Assembly: GCF_002113885.1 (NCBI RefSeq)
Contig: NW_018404383.1
Coordinates: forward strand, 66,965 to 130,964
Source: Mizuhopecten yessoensis
Lineage: Eukaryota
Reading direction: 5' to 3'
DNA: 64,000 nt
The position numbers were made by a program, and so were the translations under genes. The notes beneath the pieces are model-generated. The model was not told the DNA's origin, made no database searches, and saw only the letters and a program-made list of their open reading frames with translations. Within the stretch, counting starts at the first letter, position 1. Each line of letters opens with the position of its first letter. This document shows, one piece after another, positions 40,618-54,852 of this stretch.

Positions 40618-42773
40618 TTTGAAGATGCATTTTAGTGTTAAAACTCTAATGACCGGAGGAACTAAAACATATCTACCGATTCAGTAGGGGACCATAACCT
40701 AATGGCAATCGCCCCTTATCATCATTTTGGAGGACTTGCAACAATGTCGTAGTTCAGTTTAATTTATCAAAGCCAACAGAAATGAGCATTAAACGCTATG
40801 ACCAAAAGCCAACACTAAAACTAACTGTCGTACATCCAGCTATATATTCTACAATCTAAGTTTACATACACCATTCACTCCCATATGTATCCCTTACATG
40901 AACTCACCCAATCACTGTTTTACACTCCATTCACTTATTTACAGTGTTTAACCTACTGTTCCACTCCTAACAACATGTATACATCTACCCTTTGTTATGG
41001 ACTAACCATCGATCAATGAATCAGAATGATTGCTCAAAGATAAGTTACTTGTAGTCTATAGTGACCTAAAAAACGGCCCATCACCACACAAAAAGGTGTA
41101 CACGTATAGTACACACAGAATGAGTGCCATTATAAAGTATCTATGCATAGTTGGATCAATGAAATACCACAATTTGGGCATGGTGGGCATGAAAGTATCA
41201 GTCTGCTGTAAAAGACTGCAAGGCAACAAGAAGTTTCAAAGGGAGAAAAAGCAGATATAAAAAAACAAGAGATGTGCGAAGTTGCAGACCCCCAAATATT
41301 GCAAGGAGAACAGCATATCAGTATTGGTCCCTTTGGTATACCAAATAAAGGGAAAATAAAGAAAATACTAGAAACTCGTAGAAAATTCCCCATTACAGTG
41401 CCCGAAGTACAAGTCAAAGATAATACATATGTTATTCATGTGTTCAACACAAACCCCCTCATAGTAAGTCGGCAATGAATAACTGGTATAATATGTTTCA
41501 CGAACATTCCTTTTCTTAATGAAATTCTTTAATTTTACGACTGCCAAGAAGCTAAGAAATTAAATGATACATTGCTAAAATTAATGAAAACTTTTTTTTC
41601 TAAACCCTATTTAAACTTGTCTATAAAAAAAGTTCATTGTTGTCATTATGAGTTAATGAACGACCATAAAACTTGGGCCAGCAAACCAAGACTAGACCCA
41701 GACTAATATCTCTGAACGTGTTAGAGGGACGGCAGTGAACACTGCAAATGTTACCCATCTCAGTTAACTAACTCTAAGCGGGAAGGAGTTTAGAATTGTG
41801 TTTACCCATATATTTTTCGTTTTGCGGTTGCAAATCATCATTATTACTGAAGAGATTTTTAAAAATTATTTTCTAAATTTTATGTACACATGTTGTGGGA
41901 TAGAAAAATAATAGGATATGTTGTGGGATAGAAAAAGTAGGATTTGCGGATTACATTAGATCTACCTTGGTGGACAATCAGTTAAATGATGACCGTTGTC
42001 ATCTGACCTTAGCTGTTACAGAACGTGAACCTAAGCAGTGAAACTGTTGCCGTCTGCCAAGATTAACAAAACATGTGCTTATCTCAATCTCGGGATTAGA
42101 ACAACAACCTTTTGTCGATAAAACTGACACTGAAATCACGAAACCATACTCTAAATACCCCGAACATGGAATCATTGTCACCAAACCATCGCTGCAACGA
42201 TAGTCTTTTGGTACAAATGATGTTTGCATAGAATTTGTCCCATTTGAAAATTGCTTTGTCGTAGCAATTGGCCTACTGAGGGTAAAGAAGAAAAACAATA
42301 GTGAACACATGAAGAGAAAAAATACCACAACGTTGACAAACGAACACAAAATTTACCCCTGAGTTAACGCACCAGGACAGAATATACCACAGCGTTACAG
42401 GTGCGGTCAAAATTGGAAATTCAAAAACCAGACAATAGAAACAACAAGAGTAACAGAGGAGACACCAAAATAAAGGCAGAACAACATGAACTTTCATAAT
42501 GAACGAAAACCGATAGCAGTGGTTCAGGAATGATAAGCATAAGCTACACCTAACGGACATCTTAAAGTCATATCGTAGTCTCGACGATATCGAGCTTGAG
42601 GGGAACGACCGTGTCTCTGCAAAAAATGAATAAATCTTACAAATGGCTCTGACATATGAAGCTAGTTAAACTTTTATCTGCCCGCTTGGACAAGTTAAAA
42701 AGTATGCAGGCTGAAAGTCGTTATTGTTCTTTAGTATAACACCTATGATTTTACATCGTAGGGCAATACGTAC

Positions 42774-42869
42774 CTGTGTCACAATCAAAGGAGAAAACAT
42801 TTCACGACCATTGGAACAGTAACAAGGACTTCTCACAACTGTGTTGGTTAGCAGTCTATGTGGAATCAT
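42774..42869 (-). CDS. Predicted first coding exon of the trunk-like gene (MIPHRLL...MFSPLIVTQ; alternative in-frame ATG at 42800)
   Basis: Donor CAG|GTACGT at 42774/42773 is phase 0, matching the phase-0 acceptor at 35124. Splicing gives (M..)MFSPLIVTQ-AKRTSEFLFLVICFVMLTSPVLA. It lies ~300 nt downstream of a TATA/Inr pair in a GC-richer, repeat-free stretch. Predicted intron 35125..42773 (7649 bp). Confidence 0.6.
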
Positions 42870-43152
42870 ATCAGGTAGCGCAAGAGCGCCGGGGTGTCGG
42901 CTCGCCGGTCTCACCCACGGGAAGCGCGGCCATCACCCCAGGGACACACAGTCTCCCTAGCTCGTATTTAATAAAACAAATAATAATTCCCAAAATCTGG
43001 TTATATATCACAAAATAATGATAACTGGTATAATCCCGAATATACTACGAGTCACATCTAGGCGCGTGTTTCGTTCCTCCGTTCGGAAGACCACGGGACG
43101 CCGTGGCTCTCTCTCTCATTTACGTTGTACACTTCGGCAATCCTCGGCTCAC

Positions 43153-43187
43153 AGTAATGATCCAACACTGAATTATAACTTATATAT
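43153..43187 (-). promoter_or_regulatory. Core promoter of the trunk-like gene: TATATAAG (43186-43179) and Inr-like TCATTAC (+1 near 43158)
   Basis: Minus strand reads ggaTATATAAGttataattcagtgttggaTCATTACtg. The TATA to Inr A spacing is 28 nt, and the orientation matches the gene. Confidence 0.55.
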
Positions 43188-43744
43188 CCTCGGAAATAAA
43201 AATTCCATTTCAGAATTAATCCCTTTCTATTGTCACAGCCTTGAACGTCCGTGAGGTCCTTACTACGCCACCCACGCGCGTTCTGCAGGACAACCGCAAA
43301 ATCGATGTCATACACGTGCAGTGTACTTGGTCATATCTGGAAAATATCAAACACAATTTCTTGATAAAAATTTGAAACAAAAGTAATATGCATACATATT
43401 TTACCAAATTGTTTTTATATTGAAAAGGTTATCTATGTAATTTGTTTTTTGTAGAAAGAAATGTCTTTATCTTAGATTTAATAGAAGTCTTGTGAAACTA
43501 TCAGGCAAGTCGGCGTACATGTGAAGCCAACTTATGATGAGTGCAAAATAAGTCCCGACAAAGCTATGTGCAATAATCAAGCAAAGAATCCATGTACTTT
43601 GTGAAAGTATTATGGCCAAAGAGTGTCCGCCAAGTCCATGACAGTTTGGAGATGTTTTTCGCTAGATAGGATTTGACCAGATACCCAGTGTCGACAGGTC
43701 TGACCACATCGGGGAGGGAGTAAACACACATACATAGCGTCCTG

Positions 43745-43764
43745 TGACTCATAAAGCTTATATA
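43745..43764 (-). promoter_or_regulatory. Second TATATAAG box with adjacent AP-1 site (TGACTCA); possible alternative promoter or proximal element
   Basis: TATATAAG at 43764-43757 on the minus strand and TGACTCA at 43745-43751. No convincing Inr at the expected spacing. Confidence 0.3.
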
Positions 43765-44513
43765 TAGGAGTGAAACAGTTCATCAGCATATCACGGAAAA
43801 TCGATGTTCATAATCAGCTGTCCACACCTCGTGGCCACGGCCCACGGTTTCCTACTGGTCCGCCCCTCCAGCAAGCCGATCCTGTCTCCTGGGCCACTGT
43901 CTAACTTCAATATCAACTTTTTCCTGTCTGAGCATAAAAGTCTTTTTAAAAGAAAAACATATGTTCTGATAAAGCAACATATGGTTAATCAAACGTGAAC
44001 TCACAGTCTCGAGAAAAATTCGCGCGTTTTTTGTAGATCTGCAATTGTTGCGCAAGTTGGTTGTAACCCGTTTCGGTGTGGACAGACCTCCGTAGAACTA
44101 TACTTGTGGTACACATTCTCCAACATGCTATTTGGCTGGGCAATCATGCGTGATCGTGGTTCTTGTCGCGTGGTATTCACTGAATACAAATTCAGCATTC
44201 CTTAACCGTACATGCATGTATTATCATTCTTATTTTTTTATGTAAATTTTTATACATTTACACTTCTTCATTATTTTGTCTACATTAAGCGTACGTTTAA
44301 AAAAAAATCTTCCGATTATGAAGAATTTGAAGGATATTATCATTAGCATTCAACACGTGCTTAACGCACGCGTGTTTGTGTGCGTTTATTATGTATTGTC
44401 ACACACTCTTGCCGCATGGTCGGGCCTTCCCACGTTTAGTCGCGATTATAGCATAGCGCGAGACGCAGAGTTTAAGGTAACTTACAAGTTTTAATTAAAG
44501 GGGACAGAGACCA

Positions 44514-44627
44514 CAGGTAAGGCATTTTCACATGTAACAGGTGTATGAGAGAGATCAGCGTACCTGTCCAGGTGACAATGTACGGAGGGAGGGGGTACCC
44601 TAAGTCACCTCAAGTAACACATACCTG
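44514..44627. promoter_or_regulatory. Homotypic CAGGTA/CAGGTG cluster (5 sites); candidate ZEB/Snail-type element
   Basis: Sites at 44514, 44538, 44561 (rc), 44569, 44622 (rc). Confidence 0.5.
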
Positions 44628-46694
44628 GGCTTGATGACGTACGGTTAGAAAATACTTCAAGAGCTCGTCATCGTCTAAAACACCAAACTTTGGTTTCTAA
44701 CGAAAGTTTCAATTCTTTTTTTATATATATTCTCTCGCTGTGTTAGCACAGTGTCTTGGTCCGTCCCTTCCACAAGGGGAGTAAACAGAACCGTAACCAG
44801 CCTATAGATCGCTATGTTAATTACTCAAGGTATGCTGCTTAACACACAAACATATTCTATTCTGAATAAATATTGAAGTTTGATTAAACACGGACTTTTT
44901 CATTCCACAATGCTTCACTTAAAGAACGTGTGGTTTGAGAAATGGGCGTTGAAGTTTTAAAAGTGAAATTCACCTGACTTGTAATTCATCATGGCCATGG
45001 CGACTATAAATAGTAAATACTTGTGCATTTCTTTGAATAAATACTACAATAACACCGATACATACGACAACATATTTCAACAGCGAAAAGGAATTTCTCA
45101 ATTTCCTAAAAGCATATATAAATAATCGACTTTGTGGCGTCAAATAATGCCACAAGGGCATACGGGGAGCCTCCTTTGGGACAGTAGCAAATACAAATGT
45201 AACATAGAGATAAATCCGAATATTGCATTAAAGCGGCTATGATTTACCTGTAAGGTAACTTCACTCTACCTGGCAGTCTGTGTAGATTACATGTCCATCG
45301 ATCGGATTAATGTATATATACATAAATATATATACAATACCCACGGAACACATAGCTGCTTACGAGTTGGTTTCTCAATAACACGTGTACGCCATACAAT
45401 GTACCCCTTGAAACGATGGCCACTCTATCAGTTGTGTTTGTCAATTATCTTCACGTTTGAGTCCAATAACACATTAGCGATACGAGGGGAATAGAGATAC
45501 ATATAAGTTTCTGATTTGATGATGTAGCGAGTATAACCCAATTGTATCCCACTCCCGATAAACAATGCTCGAGCAATTTGTGGGGGGACGGCTGGTGTAT
45601 TTACGATGGTGATTCACTAGTTCCGGGATAGTGTGTCGGACTCCGTCCCGGGTTTGGACAGTCCATCACCGGATGGTGAGTAATACAGAGAAATCAATGG
45701 CGGGTCGGCCCGGGCAGTGCGGGGAGGGGGGAATGACCACACGCCGATTGGACAAATGGAGGGTCTCCCGTTCATCGGAGGTCAAGGGATAAGATGAATC
45801 AAGGGGAAAGTGTCCAGTGTCCACTATATCGAACGTCAACCAAACAAATAGGCGTCTGGTCAATTTTCTCGGGACGAATCCCGCCGTAGATATAGTGGTC
45901 TCGAAGGATTCCAACATCTACATATCCAAATAGAGCATCATACTGTCTCTCAATATGCTCCAATATCAATGATTATAATCTAAGTCCAACCATACCCGGC
46001 AAAACGGATTCGGACCACCTTTCTGTCTTAATACATCTCAGGTCCAACGATATACCCGTCTATACAACCATATTTATTAAAATTTGCTATGCATATATAT
46101 ATATATATATATAATTGTTGCTAGAAGATCTTTGTTTTCGACATTGATACAGCTGAAGTTCAGCCATTCTCTTCGATGAACTGAATATACATATATTAAA
46201 CTACCTCATTGATAAAACTAAAGAATATGTATTTAACCATCCACAAAAGCAACTAAATTATATCAAAACATTCCACAAAAGCAACTTTTGTTTCTATCTC
46301 ACCAATCAAACCAACAAAACTAAATTATATCGTATAAAGCGTCCACGAAAATAAATTAAGTGTAGCCATTAAGGCACTATAACTCGACGAAAGAAAGAGT
46401 CATGTGGGTTTTTTTCTTCTATATATTTTTAAGCATGATAAGACTAAGAAAACAATCATGCTCACGAGAACCGAAGGCATTTTTCACAGGCAGTAGGCAC
46501 AGCAGATTAGAAGAGTTAAAAAAAACAGGAATTGTTTAAACAGGTAACATAAACTATTCACACAATACGATACCAGTTTGGATACCATACTCCTACTGGT
46601 GCATTGGAAAATCAGGGATCAACGCACCAACGAATATAAGACATATGATAGGCAACGATATATTTTTAATAATGAAGATGTACAAAAGATAGTT

Positions 46695-46804
46695 TACCTG
46701 TAGTCAACAAAGATCAACATTGCACACGGTAGTTCCCACCTGGTGTCACATACTAAAGCCGTACGGGTATCGATCCAGCGCCAGGTAACTTGTGGTAACA
46801 CCTG
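46695..46804. promoter_or_regulatory. Homotypic CAGGTA/CAGGTG cluster (4 sites)
   Basis: Sites at 46695 (rc), 46737 (rc), 46782, 46799 (rc); one more at 46541. Confidence 0.45.
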
Positions 46805-47894
46805 TACGGAAACCACAAGGGTCCCAACACTGATAATCCTTGTGGAATTCCACAAACTTTCTCCGATAAATATCCTATGATCGGAGATGTATTTTAATAA
46901 AAGGATCGTAAATCACTTAACACGTCTGGGTCCTATCCAAGGGTAAAACAATGAAACACGCTAACAGCTGCGCCGGGACGAAGTGCAGCGTGTAGACTTT
47001 CATAAGTATCGCCAATGACGGGATGTTTAAGATGCGGAAGTCGGAATTCCGTATCGAACTTTAACCGTGTACGAGTCCAGATTACTCCATACTGACTGTA
47101 CTTCTCGTAGTGGACTTATCAGGTTTTGTTTAAAATCCATCGGAATAAATGTTAAGGCTTAGAGCGCTGTTCAGTACGTCGTGTCACAAGCTCGCTATGA
47201 TACTAGGTGTGATCGTCTCGCTCGCACGCACAGGTATGTCTCCGGCAGCCCCTTCTTTAGTAGGACCCACGTACTGTCCCGTCTACTTTCGTTCTCCACT
47301 TAAACCGTCAGAACATCATTGTGGCCCATTTACCAGATCATTATAACTTCTTGACTTATTTGTGGTAATCCAAATCTAAAACGACTCGATTAGTTGTGAG
47401 TTTTAAAATCTAACATTAAGTATTTACCAATTCATTGGCGACGTCTATGTCGTGAACCATGAAATGATTAAATAGGACTGGTAAGATTAGTCTCACTGGT
47501 TAGACATATGATATAATTAATTACAGCTAATTGATGCATTACGTACACATTAAAGCAGAGCGGGACCTCTCTATACATGAACACAGACTATGATCTGTCA
47601 TCAAACTTCAAACTATAACACAGAGTGTTTGTATCGCCCCATTAGTACTCGTTTTATCGGTGTATAAGTTGGAAATTAAACTGATACATATATTGAAATA
47701 TCTCAGCTTTATAATTTGATTTTGGCTTACACTTGCAATATTGTTTTGATAACTACCGCAGCGTAAACGATTCGTCTGTTTTTCTCTTGTCATCAAAACC
47801 TGTCAAAATATGATCGCATGACATTCCTGAGGAGCGTGCACGGAAACCTAACTGGGGCAAGAGTAATGTTATAGCTTGGCCGTCTCACTGGTAA

Positions 47895-50800
47895 AACACA
47901 CTGAATACTTTTAATATTGATACAGTACCACACTCTATACTCTCTTTGCTGATACACTACCACACTATATACTCTCTTAACTGAAACACTACTACACTGT
48001 ATGCTATCTTAACTAATACACTACCACACTATATACTCTCTTAACTGAAACACTACCACACTGAATGCTATCTTAACTAATACACTACCACACTATATGC
48101 TGTCTTAACTGAAACACTTCCACACTCTATACTCTCTTAACTGATACACTACTATACTCTCTTAAATGATACACTAACACACTGTATACTCCCTTAACTG
48201 ATACATGACCACACTATATACTCTCTTAACTGATACACCACTGTATACTATCTTAACTGATACACTACCTTACCGTATACTCCCTTAACTGATACATTAC
48301 CACACTATATACCCTCTTAACTGATACACTAACACACTTTACACTCTCTTAACTGATACACTACCACAATCTATACTCTCTTAACTGATACACTACCACA
48401 CTATATACTCTCTTAACTGATACACTAACACACTGTACACTCTCTTAACTGATACACTACCACACTCTATGCTCTCTTAACTGATACACTAAAACACTGT
48501 ACACTTTCTTAACTGATACACTACAACACTAGAAGCTCTCTTGACTGATACACTACCACACTAGAAACTCTCTTGACTGATACACTACAACACTAGATAC
48601 TAACTTAACTGATACACTACCACACTGTATACTCTCTTAACTGATACACTACAACACTCTTTACCCTCTTTACTGATACACTACCACACCCTACACTCTC
48701 TTAACTGATACACTACTACACTATATACGCTCTTAACTGATACACTACCACAATCTATACTCTCTTAACTGATACACTACCATACTGTATACTCACTTAA
48801 CTGATACACTACCACACTAAATACTCTCTTAACTGATACACTACCATACTGTATACTCTCTTAACTGATACACTACCACACTAGATACTAACTTAACTGA
48901 TACACTACCATATTCTATACTCTCTTAACTGATACAGTATCACCCTCTTTACTCTCTTAACTGATACACTACCACACTGTATAATCTCTTAACTGATATA
49001 CTACCACACTATATACTCTCTTAACTGATACACTATCACCCTCTTTGCTCTCTTAACTGATACACTACCACACTCTATACTCTCTTAACTGATACACTAC
49101 CACACTATATACTCTTAACTGATACACTATTACACTGTATACTCTCCTAACTGATACACTACCACACTATATACTCTCTTAACTGATACACTATCACCCT
49201 CTTTGCTCTCTTAACTGATACACTACCACACTCTATACTCTCTTAACTGATACACTATTATACTGTACACTCTCTTAACTGATACACTATTACACTGTAT
49301 ACTCTCTTACATGATACAGTACCACACTCTATACTCTCTTACCTGATACACTACCACACTGAATACTATCTTAACTGATACACTACCACACTCTATACTC
49401 TCTTAACTGATACACTACCACACTGAACACCCTCCTAACTGATACACTGCCACACTGTATACTCTCTTAACTGATACACTACCACACTCTATACTCTCTT
49501 CACTGATTTACTACCACACTGAACACTCTCCTAACTGATACACTGCCACACTGTATACTCTCTTAAATGATACACTACCACACTCTATACTCTCCTAACT
49601 GATACACTGCCACACTGTGTATTCTCTTAACTGATACACTGCCACACTGTATACTCTCTTACCTGATACACTACCACACTATATACTCTCTTAACTGATA
49701 CATTGCCACATTGTATTCTCTCTTATCTGATAAACTACCACACTCTATACTATCTTAACTGATACACTGCCACACTGTATACTCTCTTAACTGATACACT
49801 ACCACACTCTATACTCTCTTAACTGATACACTACCACACTGTATACTCTCTTAACTGATACACTGCCACACTGTATACTCTCTTAACTGATTCACTGCCA
49901 CACTGTATACTCTCTTACCTGAAACAGTGCCACACTCTATACTCTCCTAACTGATACACTACCACACTCTATACTCTCTTAACTGATACACTACCACACT
50001 CTATACTCTCTTAACTGATACACTACCACACTGTATACTCTCTTAACTGATACACTGCCACACTGTATACTCTCTTAACTGATTCACTGCCACACTGTAT
50101 ACTCTCTTACCTGAAACAGGGCCACACTCTATACTCTCCTAACTGATACACTACCACACTCTATACTCTCTTAACTGACACATTACCATACTGTATACTC
50201 TCTTAACTGATACACTCCCACACTATATACTCTCTTAACTTATACACTACCACACTATATATTCTCTTAACTGATACACTATCACCCTCTTTACTCTCTT
50301 AACTGATACACTACCACACTATATACTCTCTTAACTGATACACTACCACACTATATACTCTCTTAACTGATACACTACCACACTATATATTCTCTTGACA
50401 CTGACACACTACCATACTGTATACTCTCTTAACTGATACAGTACGGTACTGAATACTCACTTAATCGAAACACTACCCCACTGAATGCTTTCTAAACTGA
50501 TACACTACCAGACAGAATACTTCCAATAAACTGATACACTACCACACCGAATACTTTTTAAACTGATACATTACGGCACTGAAAACTCTCTAAACTGATA
50601 TACTACTACACTGAATACACACTAAACTGATACACTACCAAACCGAATACTTTCTAAACTGATACACCACAACACCGAATACTCTCTAAACTGATACACT
50701 ACCACACCGAATACTCTCTGAGCTGGTAGAGTACGGCACTGAATACTCTCTAAACTGATAGAGTAAGGCACTGGACACTCTGTAAACTGATACAATACCA

Positions 50801-50970
50801 CACTGAATACTTTCAATAAATTGATACACTACCATACTGAATACTTTATAAACTGATACACTACAACACTGAATACTCTCTAAACTGATACACGTTCACA
50901 CTAAATACTCTCTAAACTGATAGAGTATCAAACTGAATACTCTACAAACTGACACAGTACTACACTGAAC
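47895..50970. repeat. Minisatellite, 32-bp unit, ~95 copies
   Basis: Unit ctcttaactgatacactaccacactgtatact; drifts to a ctctaaactgata..ctgaatact variant after ~50440. Confidence 0.98.
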
Positions 50971-53045
50971 AGTAGGTAGTACTAAACATTACAAATATAG
51001 TATAAGTAGTACTAAACACTACAGATACAGTAGGAATTAATAAACACTACTGATACAGTAGGTAGTACCTAAACACTACAGATACAGTAGGTAATACTCA
51101 ACACCACATATATAGTAAGTAGTACTAAACACCACAGATACACTGGGAAGTACTAAAGACCACATATATAGTGGAAAGTACTAAACATCTTAGATATAGT
51201 AGGTAATGCTCAACACCACACATACAGTGGGAAGTATTAAACACCACAGATACAGTAGGTAGTACTAAACACCACAGATACAGTAGGAAGCACTAAACAC
51301 TACAGATACAGTGGGAAGAACTAAACACCGCAGATACGGTAGGTAGCACTAAACACTACAGATACAGTGGGAAGAACTAAACACCACAGATACAGTAGGT
51401 AGCACTAAACACCACAGATACAGTGGGAAGTACTAAACACCACAGATACAGTAGGTAGTATTAAACACCACAGATACAGAAGGTAGTACTAAACACCACA
51501 GATACAGTAGGAAGTACTAAACACCACAGATACAGTAGGTAGTACTAAACACCACAGATACAGTAGGTAGTACTAAACACCACAGATACAGTAGGTAGTA
51601 CTAAACACTACAGATACAGTGGGAAGAACTAAACACCGCAGATACAGTAGGTAGCACTAAACACCACAGATACAGTGGGAAGAACTAAACACCGCAGATA
51701 CAGTAGGTAGCACTCAACACTACAGATACAGTGGGAAGAACTAAACACCACAGATACAGTAGGTAGTACTAAACACCGCAGATACAGTAGGTAGATCTTA
51801 ACACTACAGATACAGTGGGAAGTACTAAACACCACAGATACAGTAGGTAGCACTAAACACTACAGATACAGTGGGAAGTACTAAACACAACAGATACATA
51901 AAGTGGGAAGTACCAAACACCACAGATACAGTAGGAAGTACTAAACACCACAGATACAGTAGGTAGTACTAAACACCACAGATACCGTAGGTAGTACTAA
52001 ACACCACAGATACAGTAGGTAGTACCAAACACCACAGATACAGTGGAAAGTACCAAACACCACAGATACAGTAGGTAGTACTAAACACCACAGATACAGT
52101 TGGTAGTACTAAACACCACAGATATAATAGGTAGCACTAAACACCACAGATACAGTGGGAAGTACTAAACACCACAGATACAGTGGGAAGTACTAAACAC
52201 CACAGGTACAGTAGGTAGTACCAAACACCACAGATACAGTAGGTAGTACCAAACACCACAGATACAGTGGGAAGTACTGAACACCACAGATACAGTAGGT
52301 AGTAATAAACACCACAGATACAGTAGGAAGTACTAAACACCACAGGTACAGTAGGTAGTACCAAACACCACAGATACAGTAGGGAGCACTAAACACCACA
52401 GATACAGTAGGGAGCACTAAACACCACAGATACAGTAGGTATCACTAAACACCACAGATACAGTAGGTATCACTAAACACCACAGATACAGTAGGTATCA
52501 CTAAACACCACAGATACAGTAGGTATCACTAAACACCACAGATACAGTAGGTAGCACTAAACACCCCAGATACAGTAGGTAGCACTAAACACCACAGATA
52601 TACAGTAGGAAGTACTAAACACCACAGGTACAGTAGGTAGTACTAAACACCACAGATACAGCAGGTAGCACTAAACACCACAGATACAGGAGGTAGCACT
52701 AAACACCACAGATACAGGAGGTAGCACTAAACACCACAGATACAGAAGGTAGTACTAAACACCAGATACAGTAGGTAGTACTAAACACCCCAGATACAGT
52801 AGGTAGTACTAAACACCCCAGATACAGTAGGTAGTACTAAACACCAGCGATACAGTAGGTAGTACCAAACACCACAGATACAGTAGGTAGTACTAAACAC
52901 CACAGATACAGTAGGTAGTACTAAACACTACAGAACCAATAGGTAGATCTTAACACTACAGATACTGTGGGAAGTACTACATATCACAGATACAGTAGGT
53001 TGTACTAATTACCACAGATACAGTAGGTAGTACTAAACACTACAG
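50971..53045. repeat. Minisatellite, 28-bp unit, ~74 copies, directly abutting the 32-bp array
   Basis: Unit actaaacaccacagatacagtaggtagt, with a gtgggaag variant. Confidence 0.98.
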
Positions 53046-53194
53046 TGTAGGCATCCTTTGTATTACATTTATATTCGGTGCTGAGTACTTGCATTGACAT
53101 CAACGAGGGAGGTGCAAGGACCATTAAATCCAAATTTAGAGAAATTGTACCGAATTACAATTGGCCACAACTGGATGACTATGTACAGCAGATA

Positions 53195-53264
53195 TACCTG
53201 TTGATTGCATATGTATAAAGAGACAGGTAATAATACGAGACAGGTATGTACCTGTGTTCAGGTG
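53195..53264. promoter_or_regulatory. Homotypic CAGGTA/CAGGTG cluster (5 sites in 70 bp)
   Basis: Sites at 53195 (rc), 53224, 53241, 53249 (rc), 53259. Confidence 0.5.
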
Positions 53265-54852
53265 ATACATACCGATAGAAAATTGCTATAACAGTGAGCT
53301 TCTCCTTTGAATGCATCAGAATGCTTGTCATATCACTTCACTATATATGGGTATTTGGAGTCAGGCAACTATTAAAATGAACGTACATATTTATCATGCT
53401 TTTCCTTTATGTGCAATTTTTGGGTTTGAATTCCTGTGTCAGCTATGTATTGTGGGCTGTACGTGGCTAGCTTACCAACCCTGTATCCGAGCGTTGGCTA
53501 TACCTGTAAGGTTCAGCTAAGCGGATTTACGAGGATACGTTGAGTTATAGCTGAGTAAGTCCCCAGAGTTTCGGGGGCCGACACAACTCTATACTACAAT
53601 GTGTGACGTTCGTATTTCTTAATTAGGTTGTATATAAAGTTTATCTTTTTGACGTGAAATCTTTAACAGAACTTCTGACAGTTGTGATATGGTCTTTCCA
53701 AGCTAACAAGTCTCGCGTATTGGAACATTTGCTATTTGCCGCCTGGTCGCAATCACGATGGCTTAGTGCTAAGTTGCCTTTTTAATGTGATTGTAATACT
53801 GTAGAAATGACACATTTTAAAATGTCCTGATCAAAGTTTCTGACAAAATTCTACATTTAGGTATTGCTTGCAGCAAAATGTAATGGACAAGAAAAAAGCA
53901 CGTGACCTTGATTGACATTCCCTTACTCTTCATCTATGTGTACTTGCGTCAGGAATAATTTGAACGTAATGCGAAGTGGATATCCATCGGAAGCACCTCA
54001 GTATTTTTGGTCAACAAACAAAACATATATTAAGGTTTCACGAAATGACGAACAGACGACAGGCCGGTTCGTATTCTTCAATGGATTGGGAGACTTGGTA
54101 GGAAGACATCTGAATGATGATTGTACGTCAAATTCAACGGATGATAATTGAATTGTATTCAAGCTTTTTTCAGCCACTTTCCTACCTAGCCTATCGTGAA
54201 TTGTGAGTAAATTCCATTCCTTCTTTTCCCTTATCTGCTCGAGTAGCCACGCAAAAACCTCGGTGCAGGCATTTGTTTTAAACAATTAAGATATGTTCTT
54301 TCTCATTATACCGAATATAACTGAAGAAATTTCACAGCCTGGTTGTCTGTATACATGTGTGTACTGAAGAGGCACCTGCCTCTTACCGTAGGATCCGAGG
54401 GTACTGATGCGCGCCACAAGGTCAGTCATTACGCTCAGCCCTTCAACTGGCGGGAAATCTGATCCTGATGGTGTTTAACTCGCTTTATACTTCCCCTCCC
54501 CGTGCCAAACGTCGACACGACACCACAACACCCGACACGCTCTGTGACGTCACCGAGGCGGTTTATCTACATTCGGAACTTATCTTCCTTCTGTCGAGAT
54601 CGTAGTTCGAACACTTTCCCAAAACATTGCACAATACAATTTGGGATTTTGATACAGTAAAATAACAGTTGATTTCCATAGATGGAAAAAGACAATTGAT
54701 AAAATGATAGTCACTCTCAGTCCCAAAATGTCGGCCTGTTAGCCTCTAAAAACGCCATGAGGCCTAAATATTGGGATTAATAGTGAACATTGTTTTATCA
54801 TTTGTTCAGTTTACGATTTAATTTCTATCAGTAAATATATCATATAAATATC

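Noticed and set aside
43530-43565. Hammerhead ribozyme-like TGATGAG motif (other CTGATGA hits at 30830, 39255, 43780, 59345)
   Set aside because: None has both a proper stem II and a downstream GAAA core.
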